Made by a program: the position numbers and the translations under genes. A stretch of 34,987 bases of DNA from a virus (Duplodnaviria; Caudoviricetes): positions 1 to 34,987 of the IMG/VR virus record IMGVR_UViG_3300044580_000187. One strand, written 5' to 3'. Below, one piece after another: positions 17,731 to 27,388 of this stretch; the first letter of the stretch is position 1; every line of letters begins with the position of its first letter. The notes beneath the pieces are model-generated. The model made no database searches. It had not been told where the DNA came from and was given only the letters and a program-made list of their open reading frames with translations.

Positions 17731-18053
17731 TATTCCGTCTCCTCGAAGGTCATCCAGTCAATAATAGGAGCACTGTCCTCTTTTTCCCTGAGGGACTTTG
17801 CTAATTCAAGCTTATTCTGCACCGCCTTTTTAGAGTATGAGTAATCGCCGATAGTCTCAGATGTCATGGTCTCCGACAGGTCGGCCGCCCATGCCTCCAG
17901 TGCTGCAGCAGCTGCCAAGTTAACAGAGTTTGAATTTTCGCTCAAAAAATAACTCAGCTCTTCGTCCGTGAAATGAGCTGAGTCTATTACTTTATCGCCT
18001 ATCAACAATCTAACCTTGCCGATATTGGTTGATAATTCGTAAGACGCAGTCAT
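17730..18053 (-). CDS. head-tail connector protein
   Basis: KVRLLIGD...FTDEEL, SETIGDYSYS; follows the capsid gene. Confidence 0.8.
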   Translation of the reverse strand: MTASYELSTNIGKVRLLIGDKVIDSAHFTDEELSYFLSENSNSVNLAAAAALEAWAADLSETMTSETIGDYSYSKKAVQNKLELAKSLREKEDSAPIIDWMTFEETE

Positions 18054-18104
18054 ATTAAAGTTCCTCGCCTTCCATATTCACCTCACTCGAAAATTATTGA
18101 CTCT

Positions 18105-18138
18105 ATAAAACGGCTCAAGCTAAACACCTGAGCCGTTT
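18105..18138 (-). terminator. hairpin/terminator after the major capsid gene
   Basis: 10-bp stem aaacggctca/tgagccgttt. Confidence 0.6.
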
Positions 18139-18167
18139 GGTTAGAATCAATAATCAATTGCTTGTGG

Positions 18168-19289
18168 TTATTGTCCGTTACTGGCCCAGCCGGCGCGGCC
18201 ATCCAGTGTGCATCCACCAAAGCAATGTCTGACCAGGTAGCCAACATTACCGCTATCGAAATCACCTTCCAGAGGACTGGCATCGCCGCCACCCAGTCTC
18301 TGCAGGTCTGATTTCTTGATATAGATGTCGGGATTTTCATGTCCGGTATACTGGCCAAACTCAGCAGCAGCAATCTTATTAGGATCGCTGAAGAGAGCCC
18401 AGCAGGTATCGGCGATAGTGCCAGATGTGACAACTTTCGGAATCCAACGGTTAACCAGCGGTTTTAAGTTCAGTTTGCGAACGGTGTTATCGGTAGGATA
18501 TGCAATACCAGAACTGCCGGTAGCCACCAGAGCCATGACCGATTCGGTGATTTTCTGGGCTGTGATAGCCAAAGCAGGTCCAGTCATCAGATACATCGGA
18601 CTGTTGTCGATCGGATTGGTGTTTTTACCGGTGTATTTCATCATAGCCGTGACCGCGGTCTCAAGATTGCCGATAGTTAGCGGCAAGTTGGATACAGCCG
18701 CTCCGCCGTTGCCGGCCGAGAAGTAAGCTGCTAACGGGCCGGATGCTCCAAAGAATTTACAGGTCAGGAAATATTCTTCGGACGCTCGAGATACATCCGC
18801 GAACCAACCAGGAATGCGATTGAATCCGCCAAGGTCATCATTAACCAAAGTTCTCCAGGAAAGGTTCAACTTTTTGCCGAACTCTTTGAGTTGGTATTGA
18901 TAACGTCCTTCTCCGATGCTGGTCTCCTTATACTCTTCCTTCTCGGCTTTTTCAGACAGCAGTCCTTCAGCCATGTAGAGTTCAAAGACATTGCCGAGCT
19001 TGAAATCGCTGCGTTTGCCAATCTGGCAAATCTGACGCATAACAAACGGAGCGGTCTGATAGGATGCCAGCATGGAGCGATACACGATATCTCCAAACAG
19101 GTAGGGGAAGTCCGAGGTTGTCATTGCCTCTCGCACCAGGTATTCAAAACGATGGGACGGGTAACCGGCTTTATTGTTCAACAGGTTGATAGTTTCAACC
19201 AGGCGGGTTTCCCAATTGTCAGGTCGAACGCCGTGAATAGGTTTCCAGTCCCGTGTGCTTTCCAGTACTTCCAATAATTCGAGTGCCAT
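18168..19289 (-). CDS. major capsid protein (Mu gpT-like, HK97 fold)
   Basis: EAMTTSDFPYLFG, FGKKLNLSWRTLVNDDLG, Y.VRH.FG. Confidence 0.9.
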   Translation of the reverse strand: MALELLEVLESTRDWKPIHGVRPDNWETRLVETINLLNNKAGYPSHRFEYLVREAMTTSDFPYLFGDIVYRSMLASYQTAPFVMRQICQIGKRSDFKLGNVFELYMAEGLLSEKAEKEEYKETSIGEGRYQYQLKEFGKKLNLSWRTLVNDDLGGFNRIPGWFADVSRASEEYFLTCKFFGASGPLAAYFSAGNGGAAVSNLPLTIGNLETAVTAMMKYTGKNTNPIDNSPMYLMTGPALAITAQKITESVMALVATGSSGIAYPTDNTVRKLNLKPLVNRWIPKVVTSGTIADTCWALFSDPNKIAAAEFGQYTGHENPDIYIKKSDLQRLGGGDASPLEGDFDSGNVGYLVRHCFGGCTLDGRAGWASNGQ

Positions 19290-19325
19290 ATTACTTCATT
19301 GCCTCCGCAAAATTTTAATTATGAT

Positions 19326-20171
19326 TTAAGGTACCCGGATACCCAGGACATAGACGGTGACTGCTGAGTTGGTATCTTTGACAGCGGCAATTCTCAATGT
19401 TCCACCAGCCGCAATCTCATGATAAGTCGGGTTAATAGTACCAATCCGCTTTACAGCATTGACAGCGGCAGTCTTAGCCACCGCATCGCTGATTGCATTG
19501 GCTCCGTTCTTAACCTGCCAAGTATCAGCAGTAGCATGAGCGGCGATACCGGTGTTGACACCCCAGGCATCGATAACGCGAGTTTTGTGGGTTAGTACTA
19601 TATCAGTATTGCCGGTTCCGTCAGGTACATCTATACGATGTATTAACAGGATACCTCCGATCACATTGGCATCCGCGACTGCTTTCGCAACCAGTCCAGT
19701 TAAGCTGGCCGGGTCAAGCTTGGGTTCGGTTACTGCGCCATTGGCCAGTTTAGCAGTGGTTACACCCAGGTTGGCATAAGCGCCGGCGCCAGGACTGGGT
19801 GTATGCATGACCAGAATGGTATCGTTCAACCCGGCTCCGATGGCCTCCATAGCCATGCCAAAGAAATAACCGTTGACCGCATCGTTATTGAGACCGTGGA
19901 TCGCATCATCATAATAGATAGGGTCACCGACTGCGATACCTCCACCGACCTCATCCACCACAGATAAATCAGCTATAAAAGAGCCGAATTCGGCAGTGGT
20001 TTTTGTAGATTCATTACCACCCTCCCCTTTGCTGGTTAAAGCCAGACCAGTCAGAGCACCGTATCTGATAGGATCACCTGATACCGGGGAAACAGGATCG
20101 GTCACTTCGACCGAAAGTTTATTACCAGGTTGATATTTGATATTGGTTGCCATACTACCAATTTCCTCCAA
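19326..20171 (-). CDS. capsid decoration/cement protein (DUF2190-like) with C-terminal extension
   Basis: MATNIKYQPG...SGDPI..G.L.G.A...IAVGDPIYYD...FG.A; then VTTAKLANGAVTEPKL repeat. Confidence 0.7.
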   Translation of the reverse strand: MEEIGSMATNIKYQPGNKLSVEVTDPVSPVSGDPIRYGALTGLALTSKGEGGNESTKTTAEFGSFIADLSVVDEVGGGIAVGDPIYYDDAIHGLNNDAVNGYFFGMAMEAIGAGLNDTILVMHTPSPGAGAYANLGVTTAKLANGAVTEPKLDPASLTGLVAKAVADANVIGGILLIHRIDVPDGTGNTDIVLTHKTRVIDAWGVNTGIAAHATADTWQVKNGANAISDAVAKTAAVNAVKRIGTINPTYHEIAAGGTLRIAAVKDTNSAVTVYVLGIRVP

Positions 20172-20193
20172 AATAGTTTTTTAATTTGATGAC

Positions 20194-21474
20194 TTATCTG
20201 CCATTAGCGGCGATTTCGGCCTGCTCTTGAGTCATACCAGTAGCTATAAAGCTTTCGACCAGCTTCTGATGGGCTCTTTCATCAGGCTGAGTAGGGCCTA
20301 AACCCTTCACCTTGCCGGTCTTGTTGAGTTGGGCCAGATAGTCACTTTCAGCTTTAATCGCAGCTTCAATACCATCTGCAGTTGTCGCCTCTTTGAACTG
20401 TTCAAGCAATTTAGCTTTAGCTGCATCCGGGAGCGTAGATTTGCTGACTGCCTCGTTAATCTTGGCTTGAGCTTCAATCTTTGCCTTGCCTTTTTCAGCC
20501 TCTTCAATTTGTGCTTTCAGTCCATCGCGTTCTTTGGTGAGAGTTTCCATGCTCTCTTTCAGGGATTTGTTTTCTTGTTCAAGGTCCATTTTGCCTTTAA
20601 CCTCCGTTTTATATTTATTCTCAAATTCAGATTGCGCTTCTTGTATCAGGTCAGGGCGGGCCTCTTTGAGTTTGGTTAAATCAATAAGATACAAATCAGC
20701 TTCTGGTTTAACGTCACTCTCTTTGACCCCGGCCTGTCCACCGGCTCCCGCCTCAGTGACAAAATCAACGCTCTTGAACGGATGGTCTATCAAACTCTCA
20801 ACAAGGAAGGTCTCGACGCCATCGATTTTTTGTCGTGATCCTTTTCCGATAGAGTTGATGGATACTCCCAGCTTGTTCAGAGTACCAGCTTCCTGGAGCC
20901 CCTTAACCATCTCTTTAAACCAACCCGCATGAATGTGAGCTTCTCCGACAGCGTTGCCCTCTTTGGTGATACGAACGTTCTTGAGAGTTGAAACCCAGTC
21001 CCGGATGTCACGCTCCGGACGCTCTTTCTCTTCTGTTTTTGTGGCATGATTGGCATACATTTTCGCACCCTCGAAGATGGCCACCGCGTCCTTCACTGCA
21101 TTCTTGGTATAGTTTCTGGATTTGGAAGAGTTGAAACCAGGTTGGATAATCCGGACAGGTAAAACGCCGTTGGCGATAGTTTCGGCTGTAACCTCGGATA
21201 CCGGGATTTCAATAGACTCATGCACATAAGCCCGTTCTGCAACATAAGTGGTTTGCTGTTTGACCTTGGCAGGTTCGCCCAGGGTGACATTGCCCTTGTC
21301 ATCGAACGAATACGTCATTTTAAAAGTATCATTCCCCACTTCATAAACGACTTCGTCATCCCAGGTATCGCGGATCCACGCGCTTTTCATAGAATCTTCC
21401 GGGATACCCAGCTTTACCCTAATAGCTTTCCTAAGAGCAACCTGCTTATCGTTAAAACTCAACTTAACAGCCAT
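20194..21474 (-). CDS. prohead protease/scaffold fusion
   Basis: RIIQPG.NS..RNY, MYANH, GVSIN, SVDFVTEAGAGG, followed by a coiled-coil scaffold region. Confidence 0.82.
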   Translation of the reverse strand: MAVKLSFNDKQVALRKAIRVKLGIPEDSMKSAWIRDTWDDEVVYEVGNDTFKMTYSFDDKGNVTLGEPAKVKQQTTYVAERAYVHESIEIPVSEVTAETIANGVLPVRIIQPGFNSSKSRNYTKNAVKDAVAIFEGAKMYANHATKTEEKERPERDIRDWVSTLKNVRITKEGNAVGEAHIHAGWFKEMVKGLQEAGTLNKLGVSINSIGKGSRQKIDGVETFLVESLIDHPFKSVDFVTEAGAGGQAGVKESDVKPEADLYLIDLTKLKEARPDLIQEAQSEFENKYKTEVKGKMDLEQENKSLKESMETLTKERDGLKAQIEEAEKGKAKIEAQAKINEAVSKSTLPDAAKAKLLEQFKEATTADGIEAAIKAESDYLAQLNKTGKVKGLGPTQPDERAHQKLVESFIATGMTQEQAEIAANGR

Positions 21475-21496
21475 TTACAGCCTCCAAATTTTTGAT

Positions 21497-21521
21497 AATA
21501 AAAAACCGCCTGCGGGCGGTT
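21497..21521 (-). terminator. intrinsic terminator
   Basis: Minus strand aaccgcc-cgca-ggcggtt then tttt. Confidence 0.65.
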
Positions 21522-21641
21522 ATGGTAGTGTTATAATTAAGTTGCTGACAATGATGGAATATTTCAGACGTTGGTGGAAAAATGGCCACTAAGTAACATG
21601 AACCTATGGTAAAGATGGCATCACTGTCAGCCCATGTTAAA

Positions 21642-22451
21642 TCAGTCCCTACGGTTTAACCTTGCCGGTGAAATAGTACAAACACAATTAGGATGAGCTG
21701 GCGTTCTCATATGCCCCGAAGGAAACGGCTGGTCAATCGGTATCACCCCGGCAGCCGCGTTATCCGCGCATATCTGGCAAGGTCTTATCGGTATCCATTG
21801 CTTACCGTCAACTCCCATATCCTTCATTCTCTGCAAGGCTCCCTCTGAGAGAGCATTATTAGTTTCGGTCAAAGAGATGGTTTTCGCGCGATCCCGGCTC
21901 ATGTCAGTAAATTCTTTTCTTAAATCCCGGGTAATCCCGTCAACTCCTCGTTTGTTGTTTATCCCATCCGAAATAACCTGTGCCAACCGCTTTTTAGTTT
22001 CCTCGTCCATTTTGGTGACCAATTTAGCGCCATAGTCATGGGCCCAATTCACAGCTTGAGATATAGGAGGACCTTCGAATAAAATCGGCTTCCCGCCTTT
22101 GGTGAAACCGTAGCTCATCATCTGCGTGTTGCCAGCATAATAAATAGTGATCAGATGCCCCATAATGCTTTGAGTAACTTGACCACTAAACGCCTTCAGG
22201 AAAGCATTTAACCAGTTATCCCATTCGCCCGCAGGTGGAGATTTCGGCGGTGCGTTAACCTCTTTGACCTTCTGTTTGTATATACCCTCAATTTGAGCAT
22301 AGGGGAACGCATCTGAGAGAGATTGAAAATAGTTGAAGAGTGATTTTCTAAATTGCCTTTCAAGTTTTTTATTCTCAGCTTTCTCCATCGAAGCAGGAAG
22401 TCTGGCCGCGATAGCTTCAATAAGACTGTCTATTTCAGTTTGCACTGACAT
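21642..22451 (-). CDS. minor head protein (Mu gpF / SPP1 gp7-like)
   Basis: RAKTISLTET, KQW...CQIC, PAHPNC.C. Confidence 0.9.
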   Translation of the reverse strand: MSVQTEIDSLIEAIAARLPASMEKAENKKLERQFRKSLFNYFQSLSDAFPYAQIEGIYKQKVKEVNAPPKSPPAGEWDNWLNAFLKAFSGQVTQSIMGHLITIYYAGNTQMMSYGFTKGGKPILFEGPPISQAVNWAHDYGAKLVTKMDEETKKRLAQVISDGINNKRGVDGITRDLRKEFTDMSRDRAKTISLTETNNALSEGALQRMKDMGVDGKQWIPIRPCQICADNAAAGVIPIDQPFPSGHMRTPAHPNCVCTISPARLNRRD

Positions 22452-23895
22452 TGATTTTATCCCTGATTTCGACTAATGCCTTGATTGCCCTAACCTCGGC
22501 ACTGTCCTGTTGTTCTTGATTATTTACAGGCGGTTGGCCTGCCTGATTCTGCATTTCGGCTGGCATCTTCGCTAGATTTTCAGCCTTCTTTTGCTTGTTC
22601 TCTTCCATCGACTTTTTCATTTTTTCGATTATTTCATTGACATTGTTAAGGCCGATATTCATGAGGGCTTGCTTAATGACTTCATCAACTTCTGCCAGGT
22701 CAGGGAAAGAGGTGATTATTTGTCCGATAGCAGTTACAGCCGCTACAGCGTCAGACGGTGCGATTTCAGGCATGTCCACATCGATAAATCTGTCATCCTC
22801 AGATACTCTGTTATGGTCGAGAACTATGTTAAATATATCAATCCAGACGTCTGCCCAGATTTGCTGATATGAGCCGAACTGTTTGAGCATTGGAAGTTCG
22901 ACTGTCCGGGCTGTCGCCAGATTCCCGGTTGCGATGTCACCGTAGTACTGTTCGGGTATGCCCACGCCGGCACAAATCTGAAGTTTCAACATCCGACCAT
23001 CAGTAGAAGCGTTGGCTGATCCGGTATCTGTCTTAATCGGCTCTACCTGTACGGCCTCATTGGTGACCAGATTCGAACCAGCACGCGGGGATACACCATC
23101 TACGGCCGCCTTGACTGCCGCCACCGCTGCAGCTCCGCCTTTGGTTTTAGTTGCCCAGGCGAACCGGGCCAAGGCGCGGATAATAGCGATGCGGGCAGCT
23201 AAGAATAACCGGTACTGCTCAATCCAACCGATGACTGGCAAAAGAAGCGGATTGCCACGCTGGCCAATTGAGTTGAAGGCTACATGATACACAATTGCAT
23301 CTTCGGTGGCAGTGATTTCTTTCCCCGTGCTGTCCGGAGTAGCCTCATCGTCCATGTTAGTATGACTGCGGTAGTATGAGGTCCTCGTCTGATTCTGAGC
23401 GTTCGTCCATTCCCGTTTGTAATACCTGACGTCCTCAATATCATCTGGGTCAGTAATGGCCTCGGTAATTTCCAGCGGATCAATCCAGCGTATTGTTACC
23501 TCGCCGTCCGGGCCCAGGAAGAGAGCGAAAAACACCTCTCCGTCAGTCAAGGCTTTGTCTGAAGATTTGCGCTGGCCTTTGGCTGATAAAACGCTACGAT
23601 TCTTTTTATTTTGCCAGAACTTATCCAGGGCAGCTTTAACGCCTTCGTTGTCAGAGTTCCAGGATATACCAGAGCCGAATGAGTAATCAGTCCAAAGCCT
23701 AATTGATTGTTTAGCAAGCGGGTCGAAATTATAGAGATAGCGGGATTTTTTAACATACTCAGACCGGGACGCTCCAGTTAAGTCGCTCATGTTATTCGAG
23801 CCTAATTTTACCCACCCCTCAATAGCTAAACTCTTTTCCACATCACTGACAGACTCTTTTAAGATTTGTTCGAATTCTCCAAATAACTCTGACAT
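22435..23895 (-). CDS. portal protein
   Basis: 486 aa after TerL; DGEVFF, RGNPLL, GIPEQYYGD...NLATA. Confidence 0.88.
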   Translation of the reverse strand: MSELFGEFEQILKESVSDVEKSLAIEGWVKLGSNNMSDLTGASRSEYVKKSRYLYNFDPLAKQSIRLWTDYSFGSGISWNSDNEGVKAALDKFWQNKKNRSVLSAKGQRKSSDKALTDGEVFFALFLGPDGEVTIRWIDPLEITEAITDPDDIEDVRYYKREWTNAQNQTRTSYYRSHTNMDDEATPDSTGKEITATEDAIVYHVAFNSIGQRGNPLLLPVIGWIEQYRLFLAARIAIIRALARFAWATKTKGGAAAVAAVKAAVDGVSPRAGSNLVTNEAVQVEPIKTDTGSANASTDGRMLKLQICAGVGIPEQYYGDIATGNLATARTVELPMLKQFGSYQQIWADVWIDIFNIVLDHNRVSEDDRFIDVDMPEIAPSDAVAAVTAIGQIITSFPDLAEVDEVIKQALMNIGLNNVNEIIEKMKKSMEENKQKKAENLAKMPAEMQNQAGQPPVNNQEQQDSAEVRAIKALVEIRDKINVSAN

Positions 23896-23896
23896 G

Positions 23897-25099
23897 TTAT
23901 ATTCCTAACTCTCGTTCGACTTCGGAAAGAGCATCGTAGATTATGATCTCGTTGGTTTCTGGTATTTCCGAGCATCCCATAACAAAATAACGCCGGCTAT
24001 CCATACCATGGCTCCAAATGTGAGTCGTTTTCTCCGTTAACTTGCCATTCTTGTCCTCAAGATATCGAAAATTCCGTTGTTCTTTGATGCAATACAAGCT
24101 ATCCTTGGTCCAATATTGTTTGTACTGCCGTACCTTCTGGTGGCCGAATTCAACGCTGCCCGGGCCTTTCTCGACAGGTTTGATATTGAAACCCTCTTGG
24201 TAAATTTCCTCTATGGACTTCGGCTCGGCAGCATCTGCCCAGATTTCGTCTGAATGCTTTTGTACTCCGCATTCTTGCATCCTGATGCAGATATCGTGAT
24301 TGGTCAGATTGGTTTCGTAAAAGAGTTCCTGGCTATACAAGCGATCACCGATGATCACGTTTTTTGTTAGCACTGACGGATCGCCCGAGAATCCAAAATC
24401 CAAACCGTAACCTGGGTTTCCACCTTTGGGCATCTCATCGACCTGCTCAAAGATCGGATATACCAGTCCTTGAATCTTGCCTAACAAGCCCAAACCGTAG
24501 ATATTCCACCAGTTGGGGTCCTTATCACGTTTGGCTTCGATGTTCTCTACAACTGAGGCTGGCAGAACCCATTTGGCATCAAGATAAGTACTATGGATAT
24601 ACTGGTTTACCGGGTCATTGATAAGTCCTTTTTCATGTACCCAAAATTCACTAACAGGGTTCCAATCCAGAAAGGTAAATAACTCCGTCCGTATATCCAG
24701 TTCCTGGAAGGCCTCATACGCGACATTGTTGCATTCGTTGATAAAAAGGATTTTACGCCGGCCGCCACGAAGTTTGGCGGGTTGATCCGCTGAGAAAAAC
24801 TCTATTTCCGCTTTCGGGAAATGATAAATAAAGTCCGATTTATTCCAAGCCTTTTCATTAAAATCATCGGCCAGAATATTTTTAAAGTCCCGGATACAGC
24901 CCCGCTTGAGGTGTGGCATAGACTCCGAGACAATTGATATTAGCAGCGGAGATTTGGAGTAGTTGGCAATCAAAATTAAGGTCTGGAGAATGGAATATGT
25001 CTTGCTTGAAGATGTTCCGCCCTCATTCAGAGCCCGGCGCTTGCCTCGCAGCCAGGCGGTCGCATTCTGTTCATAGATCGAAGTGAGTTTAAGCTCCAC
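23897..25099 (-). CDS. terL: terminase large subunit (PBSX family)
   Basis: EGGTSSSKT Walker A, LFINE Walker B, LDWNP, GLDFGF, WADAAEPKSI, HGMDSRRY. Confidence 0.96.
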   Translation of the reverse strand: MELKLTSIYEQNATAWLRGKRRALNEGGTSSSKTYSILQTLILIANYSKSPLLISIVSESMPHLKRGCIRDFKNILADDFNEKAWNKSDFIYHFPKAEIEFFSADQPAKLRGGRRKILFINECNNVAYEAFQELDIRTELFTFLDWNPVSEFWVHEKGLINDPVNQYIHSTYLDAKWVLPASVVENIEAKRDKDPNWWNIYGLGLLGKIQGLVYPIFEQVDEMPKGGNPGYGLDFGFSGDPSVLTKNVIIGDRLYSQELFYETNLTNHDICIRMQECGVQKHSDEIWADAAEPKSIEEIYQEGFNIKPVEKGPGSVEFGHQKVRQYKQYWTKDSLYCIKEQRNFRYLEDKNGKLTEKTTHIWSHGMDSRRYFVMGCSEIPETNEIIIYDALSEVERELGI

Positions 25100-25101
25100 A
25101 T

Positions 25102-25635
25102 CTAAGCTGTCCTTTCACCAGTCATAATCTGCTCGGTAAGTTTTTTGGCAGTATCGCTTACTACGTTAATAACGGTGTTTTTAGTCTCAATGGGTTGTCC
25201 ATCTTTACCGGTATGCTCTACTTTATCGGCAAATCCAAGGATGTTTTTACTGAGCCAGATTTGCATAGTGGTATCAGCTGCTTGCGGTGGAACCTTCCAC
25301 ATCAGCTTGTGTTTATCATCGAAGCAGAGTTTCCCGTCGTCATCCCGTGCCAATTCTCCCTCGACACCCTGGGCCTTTTGCCACATCAACCTGCGCAGAC
25401 TGGCTTTGCCTTTGTCCTTGCCGCGCTTGTAGGCATCTTTGAAGGCCTGGTCGCTGCGCTTCCGGGCGGATATAGCCTGTTTAGTGCAATCGAAGAAGGC
25501 TGCAATCTCAGCGTCTGTAGCCTGCATGGCCAACAGTTTTTCGACTTCAACCAGGTCGATATTAACACGTGGTTTGCGCAGCTTTTTAACCAGCGCTACG
25601 GGTTTTATCTCTGTTTTTTTAACCATCTTAATCAC
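25102..25635 (-). CDS. terS: terminase small subunit
   Basis: N-terminal HTH (TDAEIAAFF), IWLSKNILG, EHTGKDGQPI; upstream of terL. Confidence 0.85.
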   Translation of the reverse strand: MIKMVKKTEIKPVALVKKLRKPRVNIDLVEVEKLLAMQATDAEIAAFFDCTKQAISARKRSDQAFKDAYKRGKDKGKASLRRLMWQKAQGVEGELARDDDGKLCFDDKHKLMWKVPPQAADTTMQIWLSKNILGFADKVEHTGKDGQPIETKNTVINVVSDTAKKLTEQIMTGERTA

Positions 25636-25843
25636 TCACTAATACCGGGTTTCCACCAGTCAGCTCAGTCCATCGATCGACAATTACCTGGCAATACTCA
25701 GGGTCTAACTCCATCGCATAACAGATCCTGTTTATCTTTTCACAGGCTATCAGGGTTGAGCCACTGCCGGCGAATAAGTCCAGGATAATCCAGCCGGGTT
25801 GCGAGATCTGCTCAAGTATTTCTACGAAAAGCTTTGACGTGAT
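25628..25843 (-). pseudogene. C-terminal remnant of an N4/N6 DNA methyltransferase
   Basis: ...QPGWIILDLFAGSGSTLIACEKINRICYAMELDPEYCQVIVDRW...; in-frame TGA upstream; no start codon or catalytic PPY motif. Confidence 0.85.
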
Positions 25844-25948
25844 TCAATATTCTTTTGAAGTAGCCTTTGGAGCGATGGCCGGTACAATAAGCGATATGCT
25901 ACATACTGATTGGCAAAATAAAAGAAAGAAAAGGAAGCAAAACCTAAC

Positions 25949-26025
25949 AAAAAACCGCTCCAAAAACTGAAAGCGGCACTACAGCTTGTATTTTACCCAA
26001 CAAAAAACCGCTATCTCTAGCGGTT
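25949..26025 (-). terminator. two tandem intrinsic terminators just downstream of the late promoter
   Basis: aaccgcta/tagcggtt + tttt (26002-26025) and ccgct...agcgg + tttttt (25949-25976). Confidence 0.7.
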
Positions 26026-26047
26026 GTCAGACTTTTCTATTGTCTAC

Positions 26048-26077
26048 AGTATAAACATATGTCAAGTCGGTTGTCAA
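26048..26077 (-). promoter_or_regulatory. candidate late promoter
   Basis: TTGACA, 18 bp, TATACT; second TTGACA inside the spacer. Confidence 0.6.
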
Positions 26078-26085
26078 GCCTCAAA

Positions 26086-26583
26086 TTAGCCTTGGGAAAC
26101 GCGAGTTCTATGTGTCGGAGAAATCCGACATTTTTGGTATCTGTGCTGCTGCCAGTTGATATACTCTATTCCCTTCCGTTTCTCGGTATCCACCCACCGC
26201 GGCACCGGACCACTGGCGCAATAGGCAATAGCTCTTTGGATGCAGTTCCATGTCTCGTCGTAATCCAGATGATGTAATTTGGCGATCTCCTCAACTGTCA
26301 ATCCATCCTCGTAATGGTCGTTGACCAGGTACCAGTCCATCCCGCAGCGCAACAGGCGGCGGTCCAGTTCGGCAATTATTTCTGCCGGCGTGATGAAATT
26401 GGCCTTTGTGTTCCTAGAGGCTTTCCACCCGGCGTTGTTATACCCTGTCTCCCCGGGATCAGGCGGGTATTTGCCGTCACGTAGTGTATTAACATGCTCC
26501 AAGAGGAAATACACCTGGTCCAGACGATAACTAATCTCGTTTGCTGGCCACCAGATAGCAAATCCTTTTTCGTATCTCGGCAT
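26086..26583 (-). CDS. putative late-gene regulator (sigma region 4-like HTH)
   Basis: HYEDGLTVEEIAKLHHL...IQRAI HTH; last gene before the late promoter. Confidence 0.65.
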   Translation of the reverse strand: MPRYEKGFAIWWPANEISYRLDQVYFLLEHVNTLRDGKYPPDPGETGYNNAGWKASRNTKANFITPAEIIAELDRRLLRCGMDWYLVNDHYEDGLTVEEIAKLHHLDYDETWNCIQRAIAYCASGPVPRWVDTEKRKGIEYINWQQHRYQKCRISPTHRTRVSQG

Positions 26584-26586
26584 CCT

Positions 26587-26814
26587 CTACCTCCGCATAT
26601 ACTCTTCAGATTCAGGGGCCTGCTGCATTTCTTTAGCTGCATCAAATTCTGCCAGGTCTGCCGGCTGCCCGGGCGGCAGGAACTTTCTCCGTGTAATCCG
26701 TTTATAGGCGGTCTGCAGCGCGTACTGACTATCCGGATCCAGCCGGAACCAGAGCAGAACATTAAGCGAATAATCAGGTTTTGACTGCTGGGATATATCA
26801 GGTAGTCTAGACAT
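26587..26814 (-). CDS. hypothetical protein (likely start MSRLPD)
   Basis: GAGG RBS before the ATG at 26814, overlapping the upstream ORF end. Confidence 0.6.
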   Translation of the reverse strand: MSRLPDISQQSKPDYSLNVLLWFRLDPDSQYALQTAYKRITRRKFLPPGQPADLAEFDAAKEMQQAPESEEYMRR

Positions 26815-27022
26815 CGTGTCCTCTTGGAGCCAGATTACAGCTGTTGCAGTTCTTCTCGGAACAAGGTTTTTGGGAATTATAACGACAGAAAACAGCGGGG
26901 CAGCCACCGACATGCACATAACCTTTGCCATCCGGGGCCGCCTCCAGGCAACCGGTCTGCCCACACATCCGGCAGGTTGGCCGGGGGGAACTGGTGGGGA
27001 CGAGAGAAGTTAAGTGTTTCAT
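26807..27022 (-). CDS. small Cys-rich putative Zn-binding protein
   Basis: CRMC....C...H...C...C...C....C..C; ATGA coupling to the upstream ORF. Confidence 0.6.
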   Translation of the reverse strand: MKHLTSLVPTSSPRPTCRMCGQTGCLEAAPDGKGYVHVGGCPAVFCRYNSQKPCSEKNCNSCNLAPRGHDV

Positions 27023-27267
27023 TTTTGCACCTTCTTAAAATTCTTTCCTGTCCAAAAACGTGGGGCAATTCGGCGGTTAAAGAACCAGCCCTTCGAAAAA
27101 GCTAAAATTCGAGGCAATGTGCAACGTGGCGCAGGCAGCCAATTGCGGCTTAACTGGTCTTTTAAATCCAAAGCAAACAAAAATTGATAATCGTAACATG
27201 TGCCTGCCGTTGCATAGGGTATTGTTGTATCTCCTATAACCTTTAACACTGACCCAGTTGAGTTCAT
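27019..27267 (-). CDS. hypothetical protein
   Basis: GGAG RBS; stop overlaps the next ATG. Confidence 0.5.
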   Translation of the reverse strand: MNSTGSVLKVIGDTTIPYATAGTCYDYQFLFALDLKDQLSRNWLPAPRCTLPRILAFSKGWFFNRRIAPRFWTGKNFKKVQK

Positions 27268-27292
27268 TTTTATATCTCCGGATTATTTTTTG

Positions 27293-27364
27293 AAAAATAA
27301 AAAAGGCGACTACCCGAAGTTTTTAGCTCCGAGTAATCGCCTCTCGTTTTCTTTTAGAGTAGGC
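27293..27364 (-). terminator. strong terminator with an overlapping alternative (antiterminator) hairpin
   Basis: AGGCGAUUACUCGGAG/CUUCGGGUAGUCGCCU + U tract; upstream GCCU(A)CUC can pair with GAGAGGC. Confidence 0.7.
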
Positions 27365-27388
27365 TTATTTAGTTGTTAGTATTTCGCT

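Noticed and set aside
21522-21641. Gene or ncRNA between the minor head and protease genes
   Set aside because: Only very short ORFs and no convincing structure beyond the terminator; possibly a moron remnant
10182-25788. Numerous plus-strand and alternate-frame ORFs over the structural genes
   Set aside because: They overlap well-supported minus-strand genes and show no recognisable motifs
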